DNA of 64,000 nucleotides, taken from an uncultured Acidobacteriota bacterium (GTDB taxonomy: Bacteria > Acidobacteriota > Thermoanaerobaculia > Gp7-AA8). Position 1 is the stretch's first letter. Each line of letters starts with the position of its first letter. Shown here in pieces: positions 28,706-38,569 of this stretch. The stretch spans positions 352,001-416,000 of the forward strand of contig CAWGHO010000003.1 of NCBI GenBank assembly GCA_963822445.1. Reading direction: 5' to 3'. The position numbers were made by a program, and so were the translations under genes. Below the pieces are notes generated by a model. It was given only the letters and a program-made list of their open reading frames with translations, did no database searches and had not been told where the DNA came from.

Positions 28706-30043
28706 ATGGCCGGACGTGCGGCGGTGATGCTGGTGGTGGGGCTTTGGGCGGCTGCCGCATGGGCCGACGACGTGTCCCGCGCGGAGCAGCTGGCCTGGGA
28801 CAAGAAGTTCGCCGAGTCCGAGGCTCTTTATCGCGAGGTCATCGCCAAAACGCCTTCGCGTCGCGCGAACCTCGGACTGGCCCGGGTGATCCTGTGGCGC
28901 GGCCGCTATCCCGAAGCGATCGAGCGGTTCAACGCGCTCCTGCGAACGAATGCGAAGGACGTCGATGCGCTGGAAGGCCGGGCGACGGCGGAGTACTGGA
29001 GCGGCGATCATCGCGCGGCGGCGCGCGATTTCCGTCGCGTGCTGCAGCTCGATCCAAAACGGGAGACTGCACGGACGTCGCTCGCGGAAATCGCCGCCAC
29101 GATGCGTCCGTCGCAACGGATCGTCGTTGGCGGCGTGCGAGACGATCAGCCGCTCGATGTGAATCGCGGCGAGATCGCGGCCACGTTCTTCTACGATCCA
29201 CTGACGCGATGGACGGTGGCCGTCGGGGCGATGCATCTCGATGCCGAGCGTCGTGGAACGAGAACCGCCGACTTCGTGCGCCTCGAAGGGGACACGCAGT
29301 GGCGGGGGATGGGATTCGCCGGCTCGCTGGGCCTCTTCGATGGCGATTTCATCGGACACGCGAGCGCCCGCCGTGGCAGTTTCACGCTGCGCGTCGAAAG
29401 GCAGGCGGAGCTCGCGAGCGCGACCGCGATTCGCGCGGATGTTTTCTCGACCACGACCACCTTGCGCTGGAGCCGCGAGCGCGATCGGTTGATCGCCGCC
29501 GCGGAACTGAGCGACCGGCGCTACTCCGACGACAACAACGGTCAGGCGCTCATCGCCTACGCCGTCGCGCCGGTGCTGAAGCGGGGCGAGTGGACGCTGT
29601 GGGCTGGCGCGTCTGCGGCGGTGCGGGACACGGCCGAGACGCGGTTTAAGCCCACCGCGGTTTCGTCGTCACTCGAAAACGGCTTCTTCCGCTATTCGTA
29701 TCGCGGCGAGTACGACGCTTACTGGACTCCCGAGGAGCTGATCGAAGGACGGGCTGTGTTCGCGCTGGAGCGGAAGCTTTCCCGCGGCCGGATCAAGATT
29801 CACGCGGACGGCGGCTACGCGCAGGATCGCGGCCACGCGTTCGGGCCCGAGATCGGCAGTGGTCCGCTTCCGCCGGAGATCTTCACGTTCGCGTTCGATC
29901 GCAATTACAACCCGTACCGCTTCGGATTGTCCGCCGGCCTGACCATCGCCCCGACGCTGGGCCTCGACATCGGAGTCGAGCGCAGCGTGACCGTAGACTA
30001 TCGATCGACTTCCTTTCATGCAGCCGTGGCACGACGACGCTGA
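28706..30043 (+). CDS. TPR plus probable outer-membrane beta-barrel export protein
   Basis: Signal peptide, N-terminal TPRs (LGLARVILWRGRYPEA), amphipathic strands and a YWTP motif. Confidence 0.7.
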   Translation: MAGRAAVMLVVGLWAAAAWADDVSRAEQLAWDKKFAESEALYREVIAKTPSRRANLGLARVILWRGRYPEAIERFNALLRTNAKDVDALEGRATAEYWSGDHRAAARDFRRVLQLDPKRETARTSLAEIAATMRPSQRIVVGGVRDDQPLDVNRGEIAATFFYDPLTRWTVAVGAMHLDAERRGTRTADFVRLEGDTQWRGMGFAGSLGLFDGDFIGHASARRGSFTLRVERQAELASATAIRADVFSTTTTLRWSRERDRLIAAAELSDRRYSDDNNGQALIAYAVAPVLKRGEWTLWAGASAAVRDTAETRFKPTAVSSSLENGFFRYSYRGEYDAYWTPEELIEGRAVFALERKLSRGRIKIHADGGYAQDRGHAFGPEIGSGPLPPEIFTFAFDRNYNPYRFGLSAGLTIAPTLGLDIGVERSVTVDYRSTSFHAAVARRR

Positions 30044-31580
30044 GCTCTTCCGCCATCGCCGCGCAGACACCGTCCGAACCTGGCAGCGGTGGGTCCTCGG
30101 CATTCTCCTTTTCCTCGGCGTGCAGAGCGTCTTCTACTTCGGCATCTGGTGGTTCCAGGCGTTGCACGTCAACAACGTCTTTCTGTTCGTGCTGTTGTCG
30201 TTCGCGACCTGGTACGGCGTCTTCCGGATCATGGTCGGCTGGTACAACGTCTTTCACATCGAGCAGCCGGATCCCGTCGATGCGCCGCCGGGGATGCGGG
30301 TGGCCATTTTCACGACCTCCTCGCCGGGCGAGCCGTACGAGATGTTCGTGCGCACGCTCGAGGCCGCGCGAAAGATTACGTATCCGCACACGACCTATCT
30401 GCTCGACGACACGCGCGATCCTCGCTTCAAAGCTTTAGCGGAAGAGATGGGGGCGGTGCATCTCGAACTGATCGGCATCCCCGGCGCGAAGGCGGGAAAA
30501 ATCAACGCCGCGCTCGCACTAACGGATGAGGAGTTCATTCTCGTTCTCGATCCGGACCACATCCCGTTCCCGAATTTTCTCGATCGCGTTCTGGGATATT
30601 TCGCCAGCGAGGAAGTCGGCTTCGTGCAGGTCTCCCAGGCTTATGGCAATGCGCGCGAGTCCTTCGTGGCGCGCGCGGCGGCGGAACAGACGTACGCGTT
30701 TTACGGCCCGATCATGCAGGGGATGCATGGAACGGGAACGAGCGTGGCCATCGGCGCGAACTGCACGTTCCGGCGAAAAGCGCTGGAGTCGATCGGCGGA
30801 CATGGGATCGGACTCGCCGAAGATCTGGTCACTTCGATCCGCCTGCACGCGAAAGGGTGGAAATCGATCTACGTGCCGGAAGTGCTTTCCCGCGGTCTGG
30901 TTCCGTCGGATCTCGATTCCTATCTGAAGCAGCAACTGAAATGGTCGCGCGGCGTGTACGACGTGCTGTTCCGCGAGTATCCGCGCGCGTTCCGCTCGCT
31001 GACGGCCTACCAGAAAATCTCGTACTTCATGATCGGCAGCTACTATCTGGTCGGCGTGACCGCGCTGATCTTTCTGGCCGTGCCGCTGATTTATCTCTGG
31101 ACCGGGCGGCAACCGGCGTTTTTCCTCCTGAGCGAGTACATCCAGCATGCTCTGCCGGTGGGCCTCTTCGGCATCCTGATCTACCAGTTCGCGCAGCGCT
31201 GGATGTGCGATCCGCCGCGGGAGCGCGGCGTGCACTGGAGAGGGATGCTGCTGAAGATCGGCGCCTGGACGGTTTATCTGAAGGGGCTCGTGCTCGCGCT
31301 GGCGGGGATCGCGGTACCGTACATTCCGACGGCGAAAGAGCGGAAGCGGGGGCGTTTCCTGACGCTGGCCCGGGTGCCGCTGGCGGTGCTGATCGTGTCG
31401 CTGTTGACCGTCTTGCGGACGATCTATCTGCAGTTGTATGTCGTGCCTGAATCGGAAGTTCTGATCACCACGGAGGTGACCCTGGGTATGGTGACGTTTG
31501 CGATGATCAACGCGGTACTGATGAGCGGGAGGCTGTACGCAGCCCTTGATGATCTGCGTCAGGATCGGGATCGCGCATGA
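30018..31580 (+). CDS. GT2 processive glycosyltransferase (cellulose-synthase-like)
   Basis: LLDD, AKAGKIN, LDPDH, FVQ, LAED and QQLKW motifs; flanking TM helices; no PilZ domain. Confidence 0.92.
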   Translation: MQPWHDDAELFRHRRADTVRTWQRWVLGILLFLGVQSVFYFGIWWFQALHVNNVFLFVLLSFATWYGVFRIMVGWYNVFHIEQPDPVDAPPGMRVAIFTTSSPGEPYEMFVRTLEAARKITYPHTTYLLDDTRDPRFKALAEEMGAVHLELIGIPGAKAGKINAALALTDEEFILVLDPDHIPFPNFLDRVLGYFASEEVGFVQVSQAYGNARESFVARAAAEQTYAFYGPIMQGMHGTGTSVAIGANCTFRRKALESIGGHGIGLAEDLVTSIRLHAKGWKSIYVPEVLSRGLVPSDLDSYLKQQLKWSRGVYDVLFREYPRAFRSLTAYQKISYFMIGSYYLVGVTALIFLAVPLIYLWTGRQPAFFLLSEYIQHALPVGLFGILIYQFAQRWMCDPPRERGVHWRGMLLKIGAWTVYLKGLVLALAGIAVPYIPTAKERKRGRFLTLARVPLAVLIVSLLTVLRTIYLQLYVVPESEVLITTEVTLGMVTFAMINAVLMSGRLYAALDDLRQDRDRA

Positions 31581-32752
31581 AAGAACCGAGGAGCCGGTAC
31601 AAGGTCGCCTTCTTCGCGCTGGGATGGCTCATCGCGGCGGGGATCGTCTTCCAGATCGCCATCGGCACGGGCTTCGGCAAGTTCTTCACGCTCGTCGACG
31701 AGCAGGTCAGCCGCATCGCCCAATATTTTTCGGACGCGCAGGGACGCGCGGTGCGCACTGCGCGGCAGACGTCGCGCAGTGAATATCTCGCGCCGCTGAA
31801 GCCGACTCTGAGCTCCGTCACCGCGCTTCGCAATCCGCAGAAAGTGTTGTTCGGCATCTACGACGGCGGCTTCCCGAACACGTTCGCGGGGATGGAGCAG
31901 CTGGAGGCCGCGACCAATTACAAGTTCCCGATCATTTCGTTTTACAGCGCGTGGGGCGACAAACCTACGCAGCAGTTTCCTGTGCGCATGGTTCAGACGG
32001 TCCACCAGATGGGATCGATCCCGATGATCACCTGGGAGCCGTGGGTGGTCGATTTCGACGAGCGGATCCGCACGAACCTCAAGCCGCGCGCTGAACGGGA
32101 GTACGCGTCACTGAGCGCGATCGCGAGAGGGGATTACGACTTCTACATCGTGCCCTGGGCCAAGGCCGCCGCCGCGCATCGCAAGCCGATCCTGCTCCGC
32201 TTCGCACACGAGATGAATGACCCGTACCGCTATCCATGGGGACCGCAGAACGGCAACCGGCCGGAGGAGTTCGTGGCGGCGTGGAAGCACGTGCATCTGA
32301 TCTTCCAGAAGATGAGCGCGACGAATGTGCTGTGGGTCTGGTCGCCGCACGTCTCGATGCCCTGGTTCGAGTATTACTACCCGGGCGCGGAATACGTGGA
32401 TTGGCTGGGCGTGGGCGTGCTGAATTACGGCGACGTGGCGTCGTGGTCGCGCTGGTGGAGCTTCCACCAGATTCTGGAGAAGGCCTACCCGACGCTGGCG
32501 CGCATGCAGAAGCCGATCATGATCTGCGAGTTCGGCACGCTGTCGAAGGGCGGGGACATGACGGAGTGGTACCGCCAGGCGTTCTACCACATGAATCACA
32601 CGTACAGCCGCGGCGTGAAAGCGGTGGTGTTCTTCAACCAACCAAACGACATCACGATCTCCCCCGAGTTCCCGCTGGACTGGAGCCTGATGCAGAGCAC
32701 GCGCTCCGCGCAGCTGGTGGGGCAGGAGATGGCCAAGATGTCGGCGATGTGA
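31577..32752 (+). CDS. Membrane-anchored glycoside hydrolase family 26
   Basis: PMITWEP, LRFAHEMN (acid/base), WVWSP, YYPG...VDW and MICEFG (nucleophile). Confidence 0.9.
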   Translation: MKEPRSRYKVAFFALGWLIAAGIVFQIAIGTGFGKFFTLVDEQVSRIAQYFSDAQGRAVRTARQTSRSEYLAPLKPTLSSVTALRNPQKVLFGIYDGGFPNTFAGMEQLEAATNYKFPIISFYSAWGDKPTQQFPVRMVQTVHQMGSIPMITWEPWVVDFDERIRTNLKPRAEREYASLSAIARGDYDFYIVPWAKAAAAHRKPILLRFAHEMNDPYRYPWGPQNGNRPEEFVAAWKHVHLIFQKMSATNVLWVWSPHVSMPWFEYYYPGAEYVDWLGVGVLNYGDVASWSRWWSFHQILEKAYPTLARMQKPIMICEFGTLSKGGDMTEWYRQAFYHMNHTYSRGVKAVVFFNQPNDITISPEFPLDWSLMQSTRSAQLVGQEMAKMSAM

Positions 32753-32758
32753 GCGTGT

Positions 32759-32860
32759 CAGTCGTTAGTGGTTAGTCGTTAGTGATTAGTAGGCCCCGCC
32801 CTTCCGAACGTGAAACGGGCGGGGGTCTACTAACGACTAATCACTAACGACTAACCACTA
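32759..32860. repeat. Heptamer tandem repeat inverted hairpin (same family as 28589-28684); probable bidirectional terminator
   Basis: AGTCGTT AGTGGTT AGTCGTT AGTGATT AGTAG GCCCCGCCC...GGGCGGGGGT CTACT AACGACT..., lying between convergent genes. Confidence 0.9.
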
Positions 32861-32867
32861 TTCAGGC

Positions 32868-35369
32868 CTACAACTGCGCGGCCCGCGGTACCCGGTCCTC
32901 CGCCCGTTTCGGCAGGAACTTCTCAGCGAACTCCGCGGCGGAAACGGGCTTGCTGATCAGGTAGCCCTGGATCTCGCGGCAATCGTGCCCTTCAAGGAAC
33001 CGGCACTGGATCTCCGACTCCACGCCCTCGGCGATTGTTCGGAGGCCGAGGTGGTTGGCGAGCATGAGGATGGCGGTGATGATCCACTCGTCGTTATCGC
33101 CGCTGACGATGTCCTGCACGAAGCTGCGGTCGATCTTTACCGTATCGACCGGGAAGCGCTTCAGGTAGCTGAGTGACGACTGCCCGGTACCGAAATCGTC
33201 GACGGCGATGGCTATGCCCATCTTCCGCAGCTCGTGGACCATGGCCAGGCTGCGATCGCTGGTCTGCATGGCCACCGTCTCCGTGATCTCCAGCTCCAAG
33301 CGGATCGGCGCGAGGCCCGTCGCCGACAGCACGCGCTCCACCATCCCGACGAAATCGCGCTGGTAGAACTGTCGTGCCGAAACGTTCACGCCCATTCGCG
33401 GCGGCGCACCTCCCTGCGTCTGCCACTGCACCATCTGCTCGCAGGCCTTGCGCAGCACGACTTCGCCGAGCTCGGTGATCAGACCGCTCTGCTCGCAGAC
33501 GGGGAGGAAGCCCGCCGGCCCGAGGAGCGTGCCGTCGGGGCGCTGCCAGCGGACGAGCGCCTCCGCGCCGGAGATCGAGCGCGTCATCATGTGCACCTGC
33601 GGCTGGTAATGCAGCACGAACTCATCGCGCTCCAGCGCGGTGCGGATCTGTTCCTCCAGCGACATCCGGCCGATGGCCCGCCGCGCCTCGCGCGTGCTGA
33701 GCTGCACGTTGTTGCCGCCGGTCTCCTTCACGCGATACATCGCCCCGTCGGCGTGGTGGATCAGCGCGTCCGGCGTCTCGCCGTCGTCCGGAAAGATCGC
33801 CGCGCCGATGCTCGTCGTCACGTAAAGCTCATCGCGATCGACGCTCACCGGCTCGCCGACGCGGGTGAGGATCTTCTTCGCCAGCGTCTCCGCTTCATCC
33901 GTCGCCGTCAGCTCCACCAGGATCAGGAACTCATCGCCGCCCACGCGGGCGACCGTGTCATCGGCGCGCAGCGAGTCATGCAGCCGCTGGGCAACGCACT
34001 TCAGAACGCGATCGCCGACCGCGTGTCCGAACGTGTCGTTGATCGACTTCATGTTGTCGAGGTCGAGGAAAAACACCGCCATCCGCGTGTTGTTGCGCCG
34101 CGCGTGGGCGAGGCCGACGGTCAGCCGGTCCAGGAACAGCGCGCGGTTCGGCAATCCCGTGAGCGCGTCGTGGTACGCCTTGAACGCGATCTCTTCCTCG
34201 GCGCGCTTGCGGTCGGTGATGTCGAGCAGGATTCCTTCGAGCAGCGGCTGCTCGTTCTCGCGCACGACGCGGCGGACATTCTCCAGTGCCCACACCGCGT
34301 TTCCATCGCGTCCGCGCAATTCGACTTCCTCGTTCGCGACGGCGCCCTGCTCGCGCAGGCGGCGGACCATCGAGTCGCGGTGATTCGGGTGGAGGTAGTC
34401 GATCGTGCCGCCGGCCAGGAACTCTTCGCGCGACGCGTAACCGAACAGCTTCGCGCAGGCTTCGTTGCAATCGACGATGTGGCCATCCTCGTTCGCGACG
34501 TAAACACCGGCCAGGTTCCGCTGGAAGAGCAGCCGGTACTTCTCCTCGGACACGGTCAGCTCGTGGGTCCGCTCTTCGACGCGCGCCTCGAGCGTGCGAT
34601 TCAGATCGGCGAGATCGTCGTACGCGCTGGCGACGCGATCGACCATGCCGTTGAATGCACGGGCGAGCTGCCCGACCTCGTCTTCGCTCTTCACATCCGC
34701 GCGTTGCGTGAAATCCCCCGCGGCAATGGCTTCGGACGTCTGGGCGATCCGCTTCAAAGGTCCGGTGATGACGGTGCTGAGCCAGACGACCGCGGCTGTG
34801 CCGAGGAGGAAGGCCAGGAGGGTGACCATGGCGATGGTGGCCCGGCTGCGGGCGGCGTCCGCATTCGCGCTCTTCAACGAAACGCCCGTATAGAGATGTC
34901 CGATGACGCGCCCGCGGTGCCGGACGGGGGACATGGTCTGGTAAATCGCGCCATCCGTGGTCACCCCGCCGACGATGTCCTCCGACGGCGAGCGCGCCAC
35001 ACGGCCCGCCTGCAGAGACTGCTGGGGAACTTCGACCGGCTTCATGGCTACGCGATCGAATGTTGCATGACGCGCAACGAGCTCGTTGAAGCTGGCGAAG
35101 ACCTGCCCCTTTTCATCGAGCAGGATCAGATAGACCAGATCGGGATTGGTGCGGACGCCGGTGAGGGCCGCGGCGACCGCGGCCCGGCTTTTGGCCTGCA
35201 GCCCCTCGGCGACGCTGTACGCGGCCATGCCGCTGACGGCCGCGCTCTCCTGCACCACCGCGCCGACGATCTGGCGGTGCAGCCGCGGGGGAAAATAGGA
35301 GTAAATGGCAATCGAGACGATCGCCAGAAGGATCGTCATCAAAACGGCAATTTTGGTGCGGATGGACAT
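32868..35369 (-). CDS. Membrane sensor HAMP-PAS-GGDEF-EAL protein
   Basis: Two TM helices, DEVGQLARAFNGM (HAMP), PAS, GGDEF, EAL and DDFGTG. Confidence 0.95.
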   Translation of the reverse strand: MSIRTKIAVLMTILLAIVSIAIYSYFPPRLHRQIVGAVVQESAAVSGMAAYSVAEGLQAKSRAAVAAALTGVRTNPDLVYLILLDEKGQVFASFNELVARHATFDRVAMKPVEVPQQSLQAGRVARSPSEDIVGGVTTDGAIYQTMSPVRHRGRVIGHLYTGVSLKSANADAARSRATIAMVTLLAFLLGTAAVVWLSTVITGPLKRIAQTSEAIAAGDFTQRADVKSEDEVGQLARAFNGMVDRVASAYDDLADLNRTLEARVEERTHELTVSEEKYRLLFQRNLAGVYVANEDGHIVDCNEACAKLFGYASREEFLAGGTIDYLHPNHRDSMVRRLREQGAVANEEVELRGRDGNAVWALENVRRVVRENEQPLLEGILLDITDRKRAEEEIAFKAYHDALTGLPNRALFLDRLTVGLAHARRNNTRMAVFFLDLDNMKSINDTFGHAVGDRVLKCVAQRLHDSLRADDTVARVGGDEFLILVELTATDEAETLAKKILTRVGEPVSVDRDELYVTTSIGAAIFPDDGETPDALIHHADGAMYRVKETGGNNVQLSTREARRAIGRMSLEEQIRTALERDEFVLHYQPQVHMMTRSISGAEALVRWQRPDGTLLGPAGFLPVCEQSGLITELGEVVLRKACEQMVQWQTQGGAPPRMGVNVSARQFYQRDFVGMVERVLSATGLAPIRLELEITETVAMQTSDRSLAMVHELRKMGIAIAVDDFGTGQSSLSYLKRFPVDTVKIDRSFVQDIVSGDNDEWIITAILMLANHLGLRTIAEGVESEIQCRFLEGHDCREIQGYLISKPVSAAEFAEKFLPKRAEDRVPRAAQL

Positions 35370-35462
35370 TGTTCAATGGGCGCGCTTTAGTAAACTCCGC
35401 ACCCAGGTAGCAGCGCCGCTCGTAGCTGATCGAGCCCGCCCGGATAGCAAAGACAAAGCCAC

Positions 35463-37286
35463 GTGACCAAGTCCCTTCGAGTAAGGATGTTCGTGCGTGC
35501 CTGGCTCGCCCTCGGGCTTGCCTCTGCCTTCGCTGCGGCCGCTTCGGCCGGGACGATCACCGGGACGATCCGGGCCGCCGATACCGGCCTTGCGCTCGGC
35601 GGAAAAGTGGCTGCCGCGTATGACACAACCGGTACTTTACGCGGAACCGCAACCAGCGATGTGACGGGCGTCTATGTTTTGACCCTGCCGGCCGGATCCT
35701 ACCGGGTCTTGGCCTACGACCTGGACGGCGTTTACGCGACGATGTTCGACGCCAACGCGGAGTCCTTCGAGACCTCGCCGGTGACGACGATCGGGACTAC
35801 GAACAGCGTCCAGCGCGACTTTTCTCTCGTCGCCGGAGGGACGATTTCCGGGACTGTGACCGCCACGAGCGGCGCGCCACGCGCCGATGCGGTGGTCGAG
35901 GCCTACAACCTCTCCGGAACGCGGCGCGGGTTCACTACGACCAACGCCCAGGGTCAGTTTTCGCTGGTACTTCCGCCGGGCGACTACAAGCTCCTCGCCT
36001 TCGACTCGACGCCGCAGTTCTCCTTCAGCTTCTTCCGCGACGCCATCGCCTTCGCTGATGCCTTGCCGATCACCGTGCGGGCCGCGCAAGGGAGCGCCGC
36101 GACTTTCCGGCTGCCGCTGGCCGGACGGATCACCGGCGGGGTGATCGATGCCGCGACCGGTCTGCCGCTGAATGGGATCACCGTTTACGCATACACCGCC
36201 GCTGGCTCACTGGTCATGGCCACGACCACGAACGCCAACGGCTCGTTCGCTTTTTCGCTGCCGCCCGGGTCGTATCGAATCGTGGCCGCCGATTTATCGC
36301 GGCATTTCGCGACCGGCTTCGGTGGCAACACGAACGCCTTCGCGACCTCGACAGTGATCAACCTCAGTGCTGCAGGGCAGGCTGGTGCGCAGATCTCGCT
36401 GGCACCCGCGGCGACGATCGAAGGCCGCGTGGTCGATGCGTTCGGTGCTCCGGTCGCGAACGTCACCGCGGCCGCGTACAACCTCGACGGCACACTGCAT
36501 TCATCGGCGCTCACCAAGGCTGACGGCACTTACGAGCTGCTGGTCGCTCCCGGCGCGTACAAGCTGGTGGTGTTCGATGCGCAGTCGGTCTACGCGACGC
36601 GATTCTTCGGCGGCGCGCGTGAGTTCGCGGCCACCAGCTCGGTGGCCCTCGCCTCCGGCCAGCACCTGCGCGGATTCGACTTCAGCGTCGTTCTCGGCGG
36701 TATCGTCACCGGAACCGTTCGCGAGGGCTCGGCGACACGCGCGGGAATCACCGTCGCTGCCTACGACGCCGCCGGCTCGCTCGTGGCCACCGCCATCACC
36801 GATGCGAACGGCGTCTACAGGTTCGTCGTGCCGCCCGGCGACTACCGCATCGTCGCCTTCGACGTCGACCTTCGCTATGCGCCTTCGTACGACCAGGGAG
36901 CGAACAGCTTCGATCAGACAGTGCCCCGTACGGTGAGCGCCGGCGGAACGGTGAACGTCGACATCTCCCTCCGCCGCGGCGTTGCCGTAGCGGGGGACGT
37001 CGTCGATGCAACCGGCCATGGTCTGAGCGGCGTGAATGTGTTCGCCCTGGATGCCGCGGGCAATCGCGTCGCCGGCGGTGTTGCGTCAGACGGAACGTTC
37101 GCGTTCGCCGTCCCGGCCGGGGCGTACAAGTTCGTGGCGATCGACAGTGCAGGCCGCTATGGGGTGACTTACTGGCAGCGCGCCAAAACCCTTGCCGCCG
37201 CGGAATGGGTGACCGTGTCCGCGCAAACGCCGCGGATCACGTTCGTGCTCGAGCCGGCGTTGCGCCGCCGCGGTGTAAGACATTAA
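35463..37286 (+). CDS. Secreted tandem carboxypeptidase-regulatory-like (prealbumin-fold) repeat protein
   Basis: Six repeats of about 95 aa (G.I.G.V...V.AY...G...TTT...G.Y...LPPG.Y...); signal peptide; ends RRRGVRH. Confidence 0.85.
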   Translation: MTKSLRVRMFVRAWLALGLASAFAAAASAGTITGTIRAADTGLALGGKVAAAYDTTGTLRGTATSDVTGVYVLTLPAGSYRVLAYDLDGVYATMFDANAESFETSPVTTIGTTNSVQRDFSLVAGGTISGTVTATSGAPRADAVVEAYNLSGTRRGFTTTNAQGQFSLVLPPGDYKLLAFDSTPQFSFSFFRDAIAFADALPITVRAAQGSAATFRLPLAGRITGGVIDAATGLPLNGITVYAYTAAGSLVMATTTNANGSFAFSLPPGSYRIVAADLSRHFATGFGGNTNAFATSTVINLSAAGQAGAQISLAPAATIEGRVVDAFGAPVANVTAAAYNLDGTLHSSALTKADGTYELLVAPGAYKLVVFDAQSVYATRFFGGAREFAATSSVALASGQHLRGFDFSVVLGGIVTGTVREGSATRAGITVAAYDAAGSLVATAITDANGVYRFVVPPGDYRIVAFDVDLRYAPSYDQGANSFDQTVPRTVSAGGTVNVDISLRRGVAVAGDVVDATGHGLSGVNVFALDAAGNRVAGGVASDGTFAFAVPAGAYKFVAIDSAGRYGVTYWQRAKTLAAAEWVTVSAQTPRITFVLEPALRRRGVRH

Positions 37287-37288
37287 TC

Positions 37289-37315
37289 GGTGTGGTGCAG
37301 GCCTCCGGCCTGCCT
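37289..37315 (+). repeat. Single REP-like unit
   Basis: GGTGTGGTGCAGGCCTCCGGCCTGCCT, identical to the left arm at 2231. Confidence 0.85.
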
Positions 37316-37324
37316 CTCGTCGCC

Positions 37325-37822
37325 TTACACACGCGGCACAGCAATTTCAGCGACGCTCGCGTTCGGCAGCTTCAACAATTCCTGCGGCGCGAGCCGCGCC
37401 TTACTGCTGCGGTTGCCGCCGCCGATGATCACCCGCGGCGCTTCCATCACTTTCTGATCGATGTAAAGCGGCAGATCGGCCGGCAAACCGGCGATGGAGA
37501 CACCTCCGATGAGCATTCCCGTGAGCTCAGCGGTTTCTTCCGCGGATGCAAACGACATCTGCTTGACCCCGGTGATCTCGCGTAGGCGCTTGTTGACGTC
37601 GAGCCGCGTATCGGCGCGAACGAGACAGGCCACATAGCGCCGCGGATTCGTCTTCAGTACGACCACGATCGCATTGCACGCCTCGGTCGCCGCAATTCCG
37701 TAATGCGCGCAGAACTCGGCCGTGTCCGCCAGCTCCGGCGCGCACGCGAGCACTTCGTAATCGATTTCGTTTGCGTCCAGCGATTCGCGCACGCGTTCGT
37801 CGAGGATTGATTTGTCAGGCAT
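37325..37822 (-). CDS. YbaK/EbsC aminoacyl-tRNA editing family protein
   Basis: ELADTAEFC, SFASAEETAELTGMLIGGVS and IIGGGNRSSK motifs. Confidence 0.88.
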   Translation of the reverse strand: MPDKSILDERVRESLDANEIDYEVLACAPELADTAEFCAHYGIAATEACNAIVVVLKTNPRRYVACLVRADTRLDVNKRLREITGVKQMSFASAEETAELTGMLIGGVSIAGLPADLPLYIDQKVMEAPRVIIGGGNRSSKARLAPQELLKLPNASVAEIAVPRV

Positions 37823-37892
37823 TTGGCCCCTTTCTTACAGCAGTCCGTCGGCATGCATCACGCAATTGTTTTGCATCGGAGGAAAAACGCCA

Positions 37893-38486
37893 ATGCCCAA
37901 CGCCATCACGATGTTGAAATCCGACCACGCCACGGTCAAGAGACTTCTCCGCGAGCTTTCGGAGACCACCGAGCGCGCCGTCAAACAACGCGAACAGCTC
38001 GTTTCGCAGATCGAGCGCGAGCTCAAGACGCACGCCCAGGCCGAAGAGGAGATCTTTTACCCCGCATTCAAAGCGGCGGCTGAGAAGTCGGAAGCGGTCG
38101 ACCTGTTTTACGAGGCCGCCGAAGAACATCACGTCGTCGACATGGTCCTCCCGGCCCTGAAGGTGGCCAACCCGAAGTCGAAGGAGTTCACCGCCAAGGC
38201 CAAGGTGCTCAAGGACCTGGTCGAGCATCACATCAAGGAAGAAGAAGGACAGATGTTCGCCGCCGCGCGGCAGTTGTTCGATGAGGAAGAGCTGCGCGAG
38301 CTGGGGGACATGATGCAGGCCCGCAAGGACGCCATCGAAGCGATGTGGGACAACCCGCTGCTCCGCCCGGTGAAGAAGCTTCAGGGCCTGGTGCACAAGG
38401 CCCTGCCCACGAAGGTGAAAACCGCGAAAGCCACCGCCCTCGGCAAGGGAATGATGCGCGAGCTGGGGAGAGAGGAAGTGCGGTAA
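37893..38486 (+). CDS. Hemerythrin-domain protein
   Basis: LKSDH, HAQAEEEIFYP, EEHH and HHIKEEE motifs; GGAGG RBS. Confidence 0.9.
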   Translation: MPNAITMLKSDHATVKRLLRELSETTERAVKQREQLVSQIERELKTHAQAEEEIFYPAFKAAAEKSEAVDLFYEAAEEHHVVDMVLPALKVANPKSKEFTAKAKVLKDLVEHHIKEEEGQMFAAARQLFDEEELRELGDMMQARKDAIEAMWDNPLLRPVKKLQGLVHKALPTKVKTAKATALGKGMMRELGREEVR

Positions 38487-38498
38487 CGCGCTCGCGCA

Positions 38499-38568
38499 GG
38501 AACGAGCAACGAGGCACGAGGTACGAGTGAAGTCTTTACTCGTGCCTCGTCCCTCGTGCCTCGCACCT
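38499..38568. repeat. Heptamer (GGCACGA-like) tandem inverted hairpin between convergent genes
   Basis: GGAACGA GCAACGA GGCACGA GGTACGA ... TCGTGCC TCGTCCC TCGTGCC TCGCACC. Confidence 0.8.
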
Positions 38569-38569
38569 G

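Noticed and set aside
28589-32860. CRISPR array interpretation of the heptamer repeats
   Set aside because: The units are 7 bp, contiguous and lack unique spacers, and there are no cas genes.
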